DNA from: an uncultured Alphaproteobacteria bacterium
GTDB lineage: Bacteria > Pseudomonadota > Alphaproteobacteria > Rs-D84
Assembly (NCBI GenBank): GCA_944392815.1
Contig: CALXXY010000001.1
Coordinates: 160,001 to 224,000, forward strand
Direction: 5' to 3'
DNA length: 64,000 nt
This document shows positions 9,858-20,595 of this stretch, piece by piece (position 1 is the stretch's first letter; each line of letters begins with the position of its first letter). The position numbers were made by a program, and so were the translations under genes. Under the pieces are notes generated by a model. The model was not told where the DNA came from, did not search any database, and was given only the letters and a program-made list of their open reading frames with translations.

Positions 9858-10007
9858 TACAGGGTATTTACAGGGAATTTTTGTCTTTTTACCAGCAGCA
9901 TTTTCGCCCGCCCCGCCACAGTTCCGACACTTTTGCAAAAAATCCCGCAAAAATAACAGGGAATTTGATTCCCCAGAACAGGGATTTTAGTTTATCATAT
10001 CAGGTAA
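9858..10007 (+). repeat. Clustered ACAGGG(A/T) direct repeats at the island end
   Basis: TACAGGGTA 9858, TACAGGGAA 9869, AACAGGGAA 9955, AACAGGGAT 9977, degenerate ATCAGGTAA 9999. Confidence 0.65.
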
Positions 10008-10175
10008 AAATTCTCTGCTTGCCTAAATAGCAGTTAAAACACTATATTAATAATGATCGTCTATTACTTGAACCACTAAAAAATATTATGTCAACAGTAT
10101 ATAATATATAATCTTTGTTCTAACTAATGGCAATTATAATATCCTGAATAACCAGTACTATACAATATTATTTAA

Positions 10176-11159
10176 CTATTTTTTTAATTTACATTTGCTG
10201 GATTTTACTGTTTCCCATAGTTCTAGTTTATGGTTTTCAAGTTCATAATCTTTTACCAAATTGCTTAAAAACAGTTCAAACTCCATTAATGTCTCAGCCA
10301 GATGTTTTTTGCGTCTAAATAAAGTCCATTTGTTTATTTTTACGAGGCGTTCAAAACGTTTGGATGTATTTATCAGTGCGTATTCGGGAAATAGCATATT
10401 GATGCGTTGCGTTTCAATGGTATAACGACGAACTCCCAGAAAAAAGTCATATCGGTTATCTGGTGGATAAAAATACACTTTGGCACCTGGTACGTGTTTT
10501 ATTGCGTTTTGGCCATATTTATGCACAATAGCCATTGACAATATAATATCATCACATATAGGCCCCTTGTCCAAATATAATTTTTTTATAATATTGCGTG
10601 GCACGCGTTTTAACCGTGGTGCAAGATTGTATTTTTTCAAAATATCCTGTGCATCACGCACAATAAACAAGCGCCCATGAAAATAACCGCGTTGCGGCAA
10701 CAAATAGCGCATTTCGTAGTATGCTTTCATTATTTTTTGAAAGTTATTAAGTCGCCCCTTGAAAATTGGCAAAACCTTGGCACAGGCAACCCGCAGTGTA
10801 TCATTTGCACACATGATGTTATATAATTTCTTTATGGCGGCCCTATCTATTATCACATCGGCATCACAATATAGTATAAACCCATTTAATTTACGAACAT
10901 TTGCAATCTTCCTTTCGGCCACAAGTTTTCCGGCACGCGAATGTACGATGCTTAAATGCAAATCTTTACACAATTCCTGAGTTTGTTTATTTTGTATTAC
11001 CGCCAATGTATTATCAGTGGTTCCATTCAAACAAATGATTGTTTCAAATTGTACATGCTTATCCAAACGATTTAACGCTTGTTTTAGCGCCAAAAGGGTT
11101 GAGAATATTGTATTTTCCTCATTTTTTACTGGAATGCCTATTGTTAGCGGTGGTATCAT
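10176..11159 (-). CDS. Glycosyltransferase family 2
   Basis: IGIPVKNEE, CLNGTTDNT, CDAD (DxD); start may be 11159 or 11171. Confidence 0.85.
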   Translation of the reverse strand: MIPPLTIGIPVKNEENTIFSTLLALKQALNRLDKHVQFETIICLNGTTDNTLAVIQNKQTQELCKDLHLSIVHSRAGKLVAERKIANVRKLNGFILYCDADVIIDRAAIKKLYNIMCANDTLRVACAKVLPIFKGRLNNFQKIMKAYYEMRYLLPQRGYFHGRLFIVRDAQDILKKYNLAPRLKRVPRNIIKKLYLDKGPICDDIILSMAIVHKYGQNAIKHVPGAKVYFYPPDNRYDFFLGVRRYTIETQRINMLFPEYALINTSKRFERLVKINKWTLFRRKKHLAETLMEFELFLSNLVKDYELENHKLELWETVKSSKCKLKK

Positions 11160-11188
11160 TGCTGTATCCAAGTTACAAAGGTATCTAC

Positions 11189-11809
11189 ATGATTATAGAT
11201 GATTTCACGCAATATGCAAGTTGTTATGATTTGTTCATTTTTGATATAAATGGTGTATTAGATAACAATCATGAAGCAAAGGTAAGAACTTTATCTGAAG
11301 CGTTCCCAGCATTATCTGATTTGCAAATTTCCAAAATAAATATTGGTATGGAACGTGCATACGAAAAAAGCAAGGATAGCCCAACCGCATCTCATATTGT
11401 GACCGCGTTTGAAGATAACGGCATTGTAATAGACAGCAATAAAGCGGAAGAATTGGCAAACAGATACTATGACCTAAATCGTATCAAGCCAGAAATCACA
11501 AATTTTCTAAATCAATTAAGCGAAACAAAGAAAGTATGCTTGTACACATCTTTATCTAAAGCAAAGGTGGATTATATAACTAGTAGATGCCCACTGTCGT
11601 CCAATATATTGGTATTTGCCCGCGAGGAACAAGTGGAATCAAAGCCGTCTATTAGCAATTTAGAGGCAATTTTGCGCATAACAAACACACCGATTAATCG
11701 CGCCGTTTTGTTTGGTGATAATGTCGCAGTTGATATTATGCCAGCACATCTACTGGGGATTAAGGCCGTTTTAGTTAGCAATTATGTTGATGCGGTCATC
11801 AAAGTATAA
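11189..11809 (+). CDS. HAD-superfamily hydrolase
   Basis: FIFDINGVL motif I, KP motif III, GDN..VDI motif IV. Confidence 0.8.
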   Translation: MIIDDFTQYASCYDLFIFDINGVLDNNHEAKVRTLSEAFPALSDLQISKINIGMERAYEKSKDSPTASHIVTAFEDNGIVIDSNKAEELANRYYDLNRIKPEITNFLNQLSETKKVCLYTSLSKAKVDYITSRCPLSSNILVFAREEQVESKPSISNLEAILRITNTPINRAVLFGDNVAVDIMPAHLLGIKAVLVSNYVDAVIKV

Positions 11810-12609
11810 ATAAATTTTGAAGCATCTGACACATTACCACGTATAAAATACGCTGGGGTGTGGTTAGATATATTTTGTATATCTGCAAGTCGTTGCTTCA
11901 TGATGTGGCGCGTGTCAAAACTATTTTGCGTTTCGGTAAAGTTATTATACAAAAAGTTCAAGTTGCGAATATCCCTGCTTGCCTCTTCATACAAGTGCCA
12001 AAACAGTTTTAACCTGTCCAATTTATAGCAGGTCAATTCTGTTTCATTTGTAATAATCGGAAAAACGACCAAAGCTAATTTAGCAGATTTTGTACGAATA
12101 TTAAGTGTGGAATCACAGGCCGTTTTGTTTTTTAAGTTGTCCTTCGACAATGGACAAGCGGCCACAATAGTCTGGGTTTGACCATCCAATACAAACTTTT
12201 CATCGCCAATAAATTCCGCATTTGGCAGTTGTTGCAAGGTTACAGCCAATGTCGTCTTACCGATGCCAGACATACCACCAATTATGGCAATGGCCTTGTT
12301 ATTAATCGCAACTGCCGCGCCATGCACCTGATAAAGTCTGTGTGCCTGTCTTTTTTGTTCTAATAGTGCCCCAACAATCACAATAACAGATCGCAAATCA
12401 ACATCTGCATCAGTTATTTTGATATTATTGCCCCGCCAATCAAAGGAGGCCCCACGAGAAATCGTCATCTCTGCGGGCTGTGCTGATTTGGTTATACATG
12501 CCCCCGGTATATATTCACGTAAAAAATAATGTGCAGATAATGTATCATATACGCTTTTTAGCGTATCACATACAACACATTGTCCCAAAGATCGTATAGC
12601 TATTCGCAT
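11782..12609 (-). CDS. HPr-kinase-related P-loop kinase
   Basis: VHGAAV....AIIGGMSGIGKTT, FIGDE pattern typical of HprK-like kinases. Confidence 0.65.
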   Translation of the reverse strand: MRIAIRSLGQCVVCDTLKSVYDTLSAHYFLREYIPGACITKSAQPAEMTISRGASFDWRGNNIKITDADVDLRSVIVIVGALLEQKRQAHRLYQVHGAAVAINNKAIAIIGGMSGIGKTTLAVTLQQLPNAEFIGDEKFVLDGQTQTIVAACPLSKDNLKNKTACDSTLNIRTKSAKLALVVFPIITNETELTCYKLDRLKLFWHLYEEASRDIRNLNFLYNNFTETQNSFDTRHIMKQRLADIQNISNHTPAYFIRGNVSDASKFIYTLMTAST

Positions 12610-13676
12610 ATTATAGATTTATAAAATTCCAGTAATTTATTTGTCTGTTTTTTGACATTCCAATTATTAACCGCTTCAAACTCTGCATTTTTTGCAATCT
12701 TTGTTCGCTTCACTTCATTAGATAAAAGTTCCGTGATTGCATTTGATAATGCTTTTACGTCTTTTGGTGGCACCAACAGCGCATTATAGTCATGCTTGGC
12801 AAAATCAACCATGCCGGCGCAATTCGTTGTTATGATAGCACATCCACACATTGCCGCCTCTAACATTGTGGTTAAAACGCCTTCTTTGGCACTGGATGGA
12901 CATGCAAAAATTTTGGCTCGGTTATAATAATTTATTAATTCCTGAGTGGATAGATTTTTGTAATGATGAGCATGTGGATATTTTGCGACAATATCTTCTA
13001 GTGGTCCCGCCCCCACAACAACTAAATTAAAGTTGTTTGTATTTGTCGTTTCTAATAATTCCAAAATACCCTTATGCGGATATAAACGCCCAACAAATAA
13101 AACATCAATGTCACGTTCTTGATGCATATTTTTAAATATTGAACTATCAACCCCGTTGTGTACAACAGATATGGGACGACGCAAAGATTTTATATTCGTT
13201 CCCCATGCATCTTTTACACTTTCAGAAACCGCCAGCAGTCCTGTCGCATTATATAATGCAATTTCCATTAAATTATCAAAATACTCTGGCGTACCGTGTA
13301 AATGGACAACTGTCTTATAACGATCGGGGATAAACAACGCATCTGTTGTATTATGGATAACGACAATATCAAATTTCTCTGTGTTGCCGGCATAAAAATA
13401 TTCAGCCGCATATTTACCAAATAAATATGATTCTATATTAATATCTGTCCACGTATCCCCTGTTTGTGTCGGCACCCGCAGGGGCAGTTCAACCAGTTTT
13501 ACAGACGGATGCGATACGATAAATTCGTCAAAAATTCTAGACCGCTGACCTACATCAGCGGTTAGTACAGTAATATTGTGTCCTTGACTTACAAATTCGG
13601 CACACTGATTCAGGGCAATTACCTCGGCACCGCCGATATAATACCCCAATCTGTAGTAGTGAATCAGTATGTTCAT
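12600..13676 (-). CDS. Glycosyltransferase family 4
   Basis: GGAE, HNGVD, FVGRL..HKG, EG....LEA..CG. Confidence 0.9.
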   Translation of the reverse strand: MNILIHYYRLGYYIGGAEVIALNQCAEFVSQGHNITVLTADVGQRSRIFDEFIVSHPSVKLVELPLRVPTQTGDTWTDINIESYLFGKYAAEYFYAGNTEKFDIVVIHNTTDALFIPDRYKTVVHLHGTPEYFDNLMEIALYNATGLLAVSESVKDAWGTNIKSLRRPISVVHNGVDSSIFKNMHQERDIDVLFVGRLYPHKGILELLETTNTNNFNLVVVGAGPLEDIVAKYPHAHHYKNLSTQELINYYNRAKIFACPSSAKEGVLTTMLEAAMCGCAIITTNCAGMVDFAKHDYNALLVPPKDVKALSNAITELLSNEVKRTKIAKNAEFEAVNNWNVKKQTNKLLEFYKSIICE

Positions 13677-13684
13677 GATTGCTT

Positions 13685-14152
13685 CTATATTTTACGCACA
13701 ATTGGCATAACATTTTGCTCAAAATATTCGCGTTGGGCTGGGAATCCAATTATCTTTTCGTCAACCAATGCCTCGGAATCCAGCCATACAACCTTTACTT
13801 TATCCTCACGTTCTTCGCAAAAATCCAGCACAGCATCACTCGGCACCTTTGCCACAAAGAATATATGAGCCTCGTTATATGCACCACGTTTTTCAATTTT
13901 TTGCTCTGCAACTTTAAATTTATATGGTTCTTTTACTTGTTGTGCCAGTCCAACCATAAATTCTGCTGTTTTACCAAGTTCTTCACGTAATTCGCGGGTT
14001 AAAGCCTGTTCCGCGGTAGTTTCGCCGTCATCAAATCGTCCGCCAATCGTACCATAGGCACCCGGTGCATATTCCAAAATGGCAATTTGCTTTTTATCGC
14101 CAACTATGCGTACTGGAATAATATATGCCGCATAACTAATATCTTTGATCAT
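13685..14152 (-). CDS. NUDIX hydrolase
   Basis: GGRFDDGET..AEQALTRELREELG Nudix box. Confidence 0.9.
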   Translation of the reverse strand: MIKDISYAAYIIPVRIVGDKKQIAILEYAPGAYGTIGGRFDDGETTAEQALTRELREELGKTAEFMVGLAQQVKEPYKFKVAEQKIEKRGAYNEAHIFFVAKVPSDAVLDFCEEREDKVKVVWLDSEALVDEKIIGFPAQREYFEQNVMPIVRKI

Positions 14153-14646
14153 TTTTCTCTCCTTGTATTATATAAAATTTCTAAACTTTTTATGTCTGTT
14201 GCTGATTTTATCACAGATTGCAATGAATCTAAATCACTTTCGTATTCTTCATTATTATCCGGGGTATGTATCAGATTACTTGGTGCGTATTTTTCCCACG
14301 GGGTACAATATTTATTACGAATATATTTTTTTATTTGTGGTCCTGTTGCCAGTGCATTGTATCCCTCTACAATAACCAATAAATGATCCCTGCCAGTACG
14401 GTCTGGACCTAATTGATAATTTATTGTCGCATCTTTCCAGTCTTGTGTCATCTCCGTTTTATAATCTGGTGCCAGCACGGGCTGATAACCTATTAACATA
14501 TCATAGGTCATCTTAAACCTTGCAGAGACTAAAACAGACAAATTCCGTGACTGTAATTGCTTATAAAACTCAAATCTTGCGCGAAAAGTCCGTAAACTCA
14601 GTTGCAGAGCATCTGGTTTTAATAGAAAAAGAGTTTTTTCTAACAT
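14149..14646 (-). CDS. Nucleoside-diphosphate-kinase-like protein
   Basis: EKTLFLLKPDAL N-terminus, IR..Y, NLIHTPD with the catalytic His at the NxxHxSD position. Confidence 0.75.
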   Translation of the reverse strand: MLEKTLFLLKPDALQLSLRTFRARFEFYKQLQSRNLSVLVSARFKMTYDMLIGYQPVLAPDYKTEMTQDWKDATINYQLGPDRTGRDHLLVIVEGYNALATGPQIKKYIRNKYCTPWEKYAPSNLIHTPDNNEEYESDLDSLQSVIKSATDIKSLEILYNTRREK

Positions 14647-14760
14647 ATATTATCCCTATGACGCAGATAAGGCTAACACATTGTTTTTATTTGTCAAATA
14701 CTTCTATAAATCGTTGCGTGGTGTAAAATTGCTTGGTAATATTGCAGGAAAGGGGTAAAA

Positions 14761-15870
14761 ATGAAAGTTGCTATATTTTGCGACTATCTGCATTCGTTCG
14801 GCGGCACAGAATACTATAATGCAACCTTAGCAATGGAATTAAAAAAACGCGGTATAGATGTGCGTGTATTTGTATGTGAAAAGCCGCAAAATTTATATTG
14901 GTTTGACCGCTTGCAAAAACAAGGTATCACAACATACGCTCCAGAGCGTTTTCGCGAAAACCGTGATGACCACACTATAGATGCCGAATTTGCTGCCGAT
15001 ATTATGGACGAGTTTATTGCATGGGCACCCGATGTTATACATGCCAGCCCCGCTGCAAACATGCTGGGCGCATACATAAAACATAAAAAAGCCCCCCATC
15101 TGCCGATTGTGGCAACAGAACATACAACACCCAGCCCAGATTCTGCTTTTTGGTATCCTGTGCACTTTGATAAAATTTTGAAAAACATAGATGCTTTTGT
15201 GGCGACCTGTAAGGCATCTGTAAATGGCATCAGACAATTTCATAAATTCCGTGGCCCTATACACATAATACCACACTTTATAAACAAGCCGCTTTTATAT
15301 AGCACTCGGCGCATACCAAATTCGGTTGCTTGCATTGCCCGAATGTCACCAGAAAAGGGTATCGGTGTTTTACTGGTGGCATGGAAAAGCGTTATTAAAC
15401 AAGTACCAGATGCAAAATTATACTTATACGGACACGGTCGTGCCAAGCTATATTTTGAACGTCTGGCACTATCTTTGGGACTGGGAAACACTGTTCGTTT
15501 TGCAGGCGTATTTGATCCACGTCGTGGTCCAAGTGCCATTGCTGGCAAGCATGACATATTCGTACAACCGTCCTTATTTGAAAGCATCCCTACATCGCTT
15601 ATTGAACTAGCCTTGCTAGGCAAACCTGTAATTGCCACGGATGTTGGTGGTGTTAGGGAGTTAATAAACAATAAAACAGGTGTTTTAATAAAAAGCGCAT
15701 CAACAGACGTATTATCCAAAGCCATTGTGCAGTTATTGCATGATAAAGAACGTCAAGCTGTGTTGGCGAAACAACTGCAACAATCTGTCGCTAATAAATA
15801 TGACCTAAATGCCAATATTGATGCTATGATCAAGTTGTATCAAGATGTTATACAAGCACAGAGCAAGTAA
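14761..15870 (+). CDS. Glycosyltransferase family 4
   Basis: FGGTE, ARMSPEKG, PSLFES.P..LIE, ATDVGG. Confidence 0.9.
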   Translation: MKVAIFCDYLHSFGGTEYYNATLAMELKKRGIDVRVFVCEKPQNLYWFDRLQKQGITTYAPERFRENRDDHTIDAEFAADIMDEFIAWAPDVIHASPAANMLGAYIKHKKAPHLPIVATEHTTPSPDSAFWYPVHFDKILKNIDAFVATCKASVNGIRQFHKFRGPIHIIPHFINKPLLYSTRRIPNSVACIARMSPEKGIGVLLVAWKSVIKQVPDAKLYLYGHGRAKLYFERLALSLGLGNTVRFAGVFDPRRGPSAIAGKHDIFVQPSLFESIPTSLIELALLGKPVIATDVGGVRELINNKTGVLIKSASTDVLSKAIVQLLHDKERQAVLAKQLQQSVANKYDLNANIDAMIKLYQDVIQAQSK

Positions 15871-15871
15871 T

Positions 15872-17050
15872 ATGAAACAATATATTTATGCTTCTAATCG
15901 CTACAAACGTTTTTTTGCAAAGTCTATAACTGGCATAAAATTCATGCGTTCTTTGCACGTACAAGCCATAGATAATGCCTCTATCATAATTGAACCAGAC
16001 ACGCATCGTTTTGGTGTGTTTGATGCAAAAGGTGCACTTGTGCAAGATTCACTGCAATTACGCAATAAAATTGTGCAAAGGGCACCGAAATTTATATCGC
16101 CGACCAAAATTTTAGATATAGAGGCGGTGTATATAGGAACCCTAGAGGACCATTTTGGACATTTCTTATTGGAACACACAAACCGCTTGTACCCCGTTTT
16201 GCATATTAAATATAAGCATATGAAATACGTCATATTAAACAACAGAAATCTGCCAAAAGTATCAGACTTTGTGTATGAATTTCTGCAAATACTTGGCATC
16301 AATGAATCCGACATTTTTATAATAAATGATAATGTAAAAATAAAACGATTATATATACCCCCAGTAGCATTTGAAATACCCAATAAATCTTCATCTGCAT
16401 TTTGTAAAACATTTGATGCCGCTGCGGCGTACGCACAACCAGCGCACCGGATTAAAAAAGTTTATGTATCCAGGGAACGTTTGTCGGAGCGCGCTACATT
16501 TGGCGAACAACAAATACGACAACTATTTGAAAGGAATGGATTTACTGTTATTTATCCAGAACAATTGTCTTTGTATGAGCAAATCTGTTATATGAAACAT
16601 TGCAAATGCCTAGCTGGCATTGCTGGTTCTGCTTTGCATTTATCGCTATTTATGCCCAAGGGCAGCAAAGTAATACAAATTAAACGCAATAAACTGCTGG
16701 CAGACAATGCAAGCACACAGTATTTGTTGTGTAAAACTAAACATTGCGACTTTGTTTTGGTGGATTGTGCGTGTGAAATCTTACCTACACATCACTGGTC
16801 GGAATTTCCTCAGATAATAGGTTCAACCAAATATTTAAAACAGTTTTTAAGAGATTGTCAATTTAATTATACCGCCCAAGACCTTAGTTGTGATAAATCT
16901 ATTCGTAAAAAATACCGCCACGCCTTTCGTGCAAAAGGTGGATTTATTCGCTATCAAATAAAACGCACTCTTGTTTATGTTTTGCCACACATGATGCCCA
17001 CAAAACGATATAAAAATCGTATGCGTCGTTGGTTAAATACGCATCTATGA
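15872..17050 (+). CDS. GT61/DUF563-like glycosyltransferase
   Basis: HFGHFLLE, KVYVSR, PEQLSL.EQI, GSALH. Confidence 0.8.
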   Translation: MKQYIYASNRYKRFFAKSITGIKFMRSLHVQAIDNASIIIEPDTHRFGVFDAKGALVQDSLQLRNKIVQRAPKFISPTKILDIEAVYIGTLEDHFGHFLLEHTNRLYPVLHIKYKHMKYVILNNRNLPKVSDFVYEFLQILGINESDIFIINDNVKIKRLYIPPVAFEIPNKSSSAFCKTFDAAAAYAQPAHRIKKVYVSRERLSERATFGEQQIRQLFERNGFTVIYPEQLSLYEQICYMKHCKCLAGIAGSALHLSLFMPKGSKVIQIKRNKLLADNASTQYLLCKTKHCDFVLVDCACEILPTHHWSEFPQIIGSTKYLKQFLRDCQFNYTAQDLSCDKSIRKKYRHAFRAKGGFIRYQIKRTLVYVLPHMMPTKRYKNRMRRWLNTHL

Positions 17051-17286
17051 TAAAAATAATACGCGTATAAAATTGTCGGGATAAACAGTCCTAAAACTTC
17101 AAGTCGCGTCAGATAAGTTTTCAAGTCAGCCGTTTTATTTTGGTGATTACAGACATCGGTTGAAAACAAAATCGTTTTTTGGTATTCTGATAGTGAAAGG
17201 AGTCGAACTGGCACGTGCGTGCCATAATTGACCCCTTTTTTTATTTATGTGAATTTCGCATAAATAATAAAACAAGGAGAGAGGAA

Positions 17287-18606
17287 ATGAATAAATTACA
17301 AATTGAAAATTTGAAACTGGGTGATATCCACGCGTATAAAAACAACGCGAAAAAACACCCAGAATCTCAGGTGCAGCAGATTATATCTTCTATAACCAAG
17401 TTTGGTTTTAATAATCCAATATTAATCGATGAAAATAATGAAATTATCGCAGGTCATGGTCGTTTTATGGCCGCCCAGGTAATGAATCTGGAAACTGTTC
17501 CAACTGTAAAACTGTCACATTTAACGGATGCACAAAAACGTGCATATAGATTGGCCGATAACAAAATCGCTGAAAATGGTGGTTGGAATAAAGAATTGTT
17601 AAGTCTGGAAATCAAAGATTTGGAAAAGATATGCTTGAACGATAATTTTGTAATCCAAGATATTGGATTTAATGATGCGGAATTTGATTCTATCGTTAAT
17701 TTTACAGACACAAAACCAATCAATCCGAAAACCAATGCTGTTCCATTTATACCAGAAGATGAAATCATATCCAAACCTGGTGATATATGGCAATTAAGCA
17801 AACATCGCATAATCTGTGGTGACAGTTTAAACCCAGAAACATTTGCAAAACTGTTTGAAAATGATAAGGCAGATATGATTCTGCAAGATCCGCCATATAA
17901 TGTCAAAATAGATGGGCATGTATGTGGTTCGGGCATTATTAAACACAAAGAATTTGCAATGGCGTCTGGCGAAATGACCGCAGATGAATTCACGCAGTTC
18001 TTGATGAATAACTTCGCATTGTGTAAACAGTATTCTAATAATGGTTCCCTGCATTATAACTTTATGGATTGGCGTCATGTCTTGGAAATCACAACTGCGG
18101 GCAAGAACATATTTGATAAATTCATCAATATGTGTGTATGGGTAAAAACATCTGGTTGTATGGGCAGTTTATACAGAAGCCAACATGAACTATGTTTTAT
18201 ATTCCAAAACGGCAAAGGATCACATAATAACAATGTTCAACTTGGTAAATATGGCCGATACAGAACCAATGTATGGCAATATGCAGGCGTGAATACTTTT
18301 GGCAAACATAAACAAGACGGCATCATGCATCCAACGGTTAAGCCCATAGAGATGCTAAAAGATGCAATATTGGATGTATCAAAACGTGGTGATATTGTGT
18401 TGGACAGTTTTCTTGGCTCGGGTAGCACTTTAATTGCATGTCAACAATCTGGACGAATTTGTTATGGCATAGAATATGAACCGTTGTACATCGATACAAC
18501 AATACGCAGGTTTCAGAATTTATTCGGGATAGATGCGATAAATTTATCCATCGATAAAACATACAATGAAATATTGAAAGAGCATAAGGGGGGTAATAAT
18601 GTATGA
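17287..18606 (+). CDS. ParB-like N-terminal domain fused to an N4/N6 DNA methyltransferase
   Basis: IIAGHGR, YRLADNK (ParB/Srx), DPPYN, HPTVKP, LDSFLGSGST. Confidence 0.9.
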   Translation: MNKLQIENLKLGDIHAYKNNAKKHPESQVQQIISSITKFGFNNPILIDENNEIIAGHGRFMAAQVMNLETVPTVKLSHLTDAQKRAYRLADNKIAENGGWNKELLSLEIKDLEKICLNDNFVIQDIGFNDAEFDSIVNFTDTKPINPKTNAVPFIPEDEIISKPGDIWQLSKHRIICGDSLNPETFAKLFENDKADMILQDPPYNVKIDGHVCGSGIIKHKEFAMASGEMTADEFTQFLMNNFALCKQYSNNGSLHYNFMDWRHVLEITTAGKNIFDKFINMCVWVKTSGCMGSLYRSQHELCFIFQNGKGSHNNNVQLGKYGRYRTNVWQYAGVNTFGKHKQDGIMHPTVKPIEMLKDAILDVSKRGDIVLDSFLGSGSTLIACQQSGRICYGIEYEPLYIDTTIRRFQNLFGIDAINLSIDKTYNEILKEHKGGNNV

Positions 18607-18973
18607 TTATGAAATAGGATATGGTCGCCCACCAAAATCGACCAGATTTAAACCCGGTCAATCGGGTAACCCAAAGGGTCGTAAAAAGGGTTCTAAAAAC
18701 ACGTACAGCATATTACGTGATATATTGAATCAGAAAGTCACAGTAAATACGACTGACAAAGGTGCAATACAAATTACTAAACAACAAGCAATTTTATTGC
18801 AAGCAACTAATCAGGCGGTTTCTGGTGATATTAAAGCAATAACATTTGTTATGCCGTACCTGTTGAAGATGGACGAAAAAGAAGCAGAACGTAATACATT
18901 GAATAAACAATTAAATATTAATGATAAACAAATAATTGAAACATGGTTGAAGAACAATGGGACAAAACACTGA
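18599..18973 (+). CDS. DUF5681-like protein (putative terminase small subunit)
   Basis: YEIGYGRPPK.TRFKPGQSGNPKGR; overlaps the terminase gene. Confidence 0.8.
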   Translation: MYDYEIGYGRPPKSTRFKPGQSGNPKGRKKGSKNTYSILRDILNQKVTVNTTDKGAIQITKQQAILLQATNQAVSGDIKAITFVMPYLLKMDEKEAERNTLNKQLNINDKQIIETWLKNNGTKH

Positions 18974-20426
18974 TATTTTACTATCACTTTTGCGAACTGA
19001 TTTTAAATCGTTTTGTATAAAAGTGTTTAATACGATTTCAAGTGCAGACACATACATGGATAATTGGCATGTAGATGTGATTTGTAATGAAATCGAACAG
19101 ATGATCGATGGTAAGAATAACCGTTTGATAATAAATATTCCGCCACGTAATATGAAATCTATTATCTGTTCTGTTGCGCTACCGGCATTTTTGTTGGGGC
19201 TCGATCCATCAACAAGAATTATTTGTGTAAGTTATAGTGACGAATTGGTAAAAAAGCTATCCAATGATTGCAAAATGGTTATGACAAGTAGTTGGTATAA
19301 AGAACTATTTCCGCGTACAGTGATAGATTCAAAACATTGTTCAGCAACAAATTTTGGAACTACACGCAGTGGCGGTCGTTTTGCAACATCTGTTGGTGGA
19401 CCATTAACGGGTATAGGTGGCGATTGGATTATTATAGACGATCCATTAAAAGCCAGTGATGCATGTTCCGACACAGTAAGAGGAAAAGTAAATAATTGGT
19501 ATACCAATACATTGTATTCGCGTCTAAATAACAAAAACACAGGTCGTATTTTAGTTGTTATGCAACGTTTGCATGAAATGGATTTAACAGGATATTTATT
19601 ATCAAAAACACTTGGATTCAAACAAATTCGAATACCAATAATTGCAGAAGATGACGAGAATTGGTCTTTTACAGATAAATTTAATCGTAACCATAATATA
19701 AAACGCAAAAAAGATGAACTACTGCACCCCGCACGTGAAAATTTTGACGCGGTCACCGGTATGCGTAATATGATGGGAGAATTTGCTTTTGCCGGGCAAT
19801 ATCAACAACGCCCCGTTCCACAAGATGGTGGCATAGTAAAAAGGGGATGGTTGCATTATTATAATCAAGTGCCTAAAATATGGCGCATCATCATTTCTTG
19901 GGATACTGCCGCAAAAGCTGGTTCTGCAAATGCTTATTCGGCATGTTCGATTTTTGGAATATGTGACGGTGACAAGCCTGGTAAATACAACCGAAAAATC
20001 ATATTATTGGAAGTTCGCAGAATGAAGTTAGAATTTCCGGCTCTAGTGAACTTTATTGAAAGATTTCCAGAAGAAATTCGTGATAAATATCGACAATATT
20101 TTACCAACGATTGCGTCCAAGTTGAGACTATCATAGAAGATGCGTCATCTGGAACCGCCATAATACAATTTTTACAATCAAAAGGTATACGTGTCAGACC
20201 AATAAAGTCCGAAACAGATAAAGAGACCAGATTGACTGGCATCACGCATCTTTTAGAAAACGGAACCGTTTTATTACCAAATCAACAAAACGGTGACTTA
20301 GTTGATTTCTTTGATGAATTGTTTAAATTTCCAAATTCTACATTCAAAGACATGGTCGATTCTTTTTCTCAGGGCGTTCGATACATAGATGACTCCTACA
20401 TCTCCGGATCACGCGGGTATTTCTGA
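18957..20426 (+). CDS. Phage terminase large subunit
   Basis: INIPPRNMKS, IIIDDP, MQRLHE, QYQQRP, SWDTA, IIED, D.VDS.SQ. Confidence 0.9.
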   Translation: MGQNTDILLSLLRTDFKSFCIKVFNTISSADTYMDNWHVDVICNEIEQMIDGKNNRLIINIPPRNMKSIICSVALPAFLLGLDPSTRIICVSYSDELVKKLSNDCKMVMTSSWYKELFPRTVIDSKHCSATNFGTTRSGGRFATSVGGPLTGIGGDWIIIDDPLKASDACSDTVRGKVNNWYTNTLYSRLNNKNTGRILVVMQRLHEMDLTGYLLSKTLGFKQIRIPIIAEDDENWSFTDKFNRNHNIKRKKDELLHPARENFDAVTGMRNMMGEFAFAGQYQQRPVPQDGGIVKRGWLHYYNQVPKIWRIIISWDTAAKAGSANAYSACSIFGICDGDKPGKYNRKIILLEVRRMKLEFPALVNFIERFPEEIRDKYRQYFTNDCVQVETIIEDASSGTAIIQFLQSKGIRVRPIKSETDKETRLTGITHLLENGTVLLPNQQNGDLVDFFDELFKFPNSTFKDMVDSFSQGVRYIDDSYISGSRGYF

Positions 20427-20595
20427 TGCCTACAATTATTAAAAAACCATTGAATGTGCAAAATTCTCTATCTGAATCCTATTTTATGTAAAATCTTTCT
20501 GGGACCCCACCGGGTCCACGTATATCTATTACTCTGCCAAATAAATTTAGCAATGATCTATGATGGTGTAATTGCCACTAAACATTAGGTTTATT

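Noticed and set aside
17287-20426. Complete prophage
   Set aside because: No portal, capsid, tail, lysis or repressor genes between the att cores.
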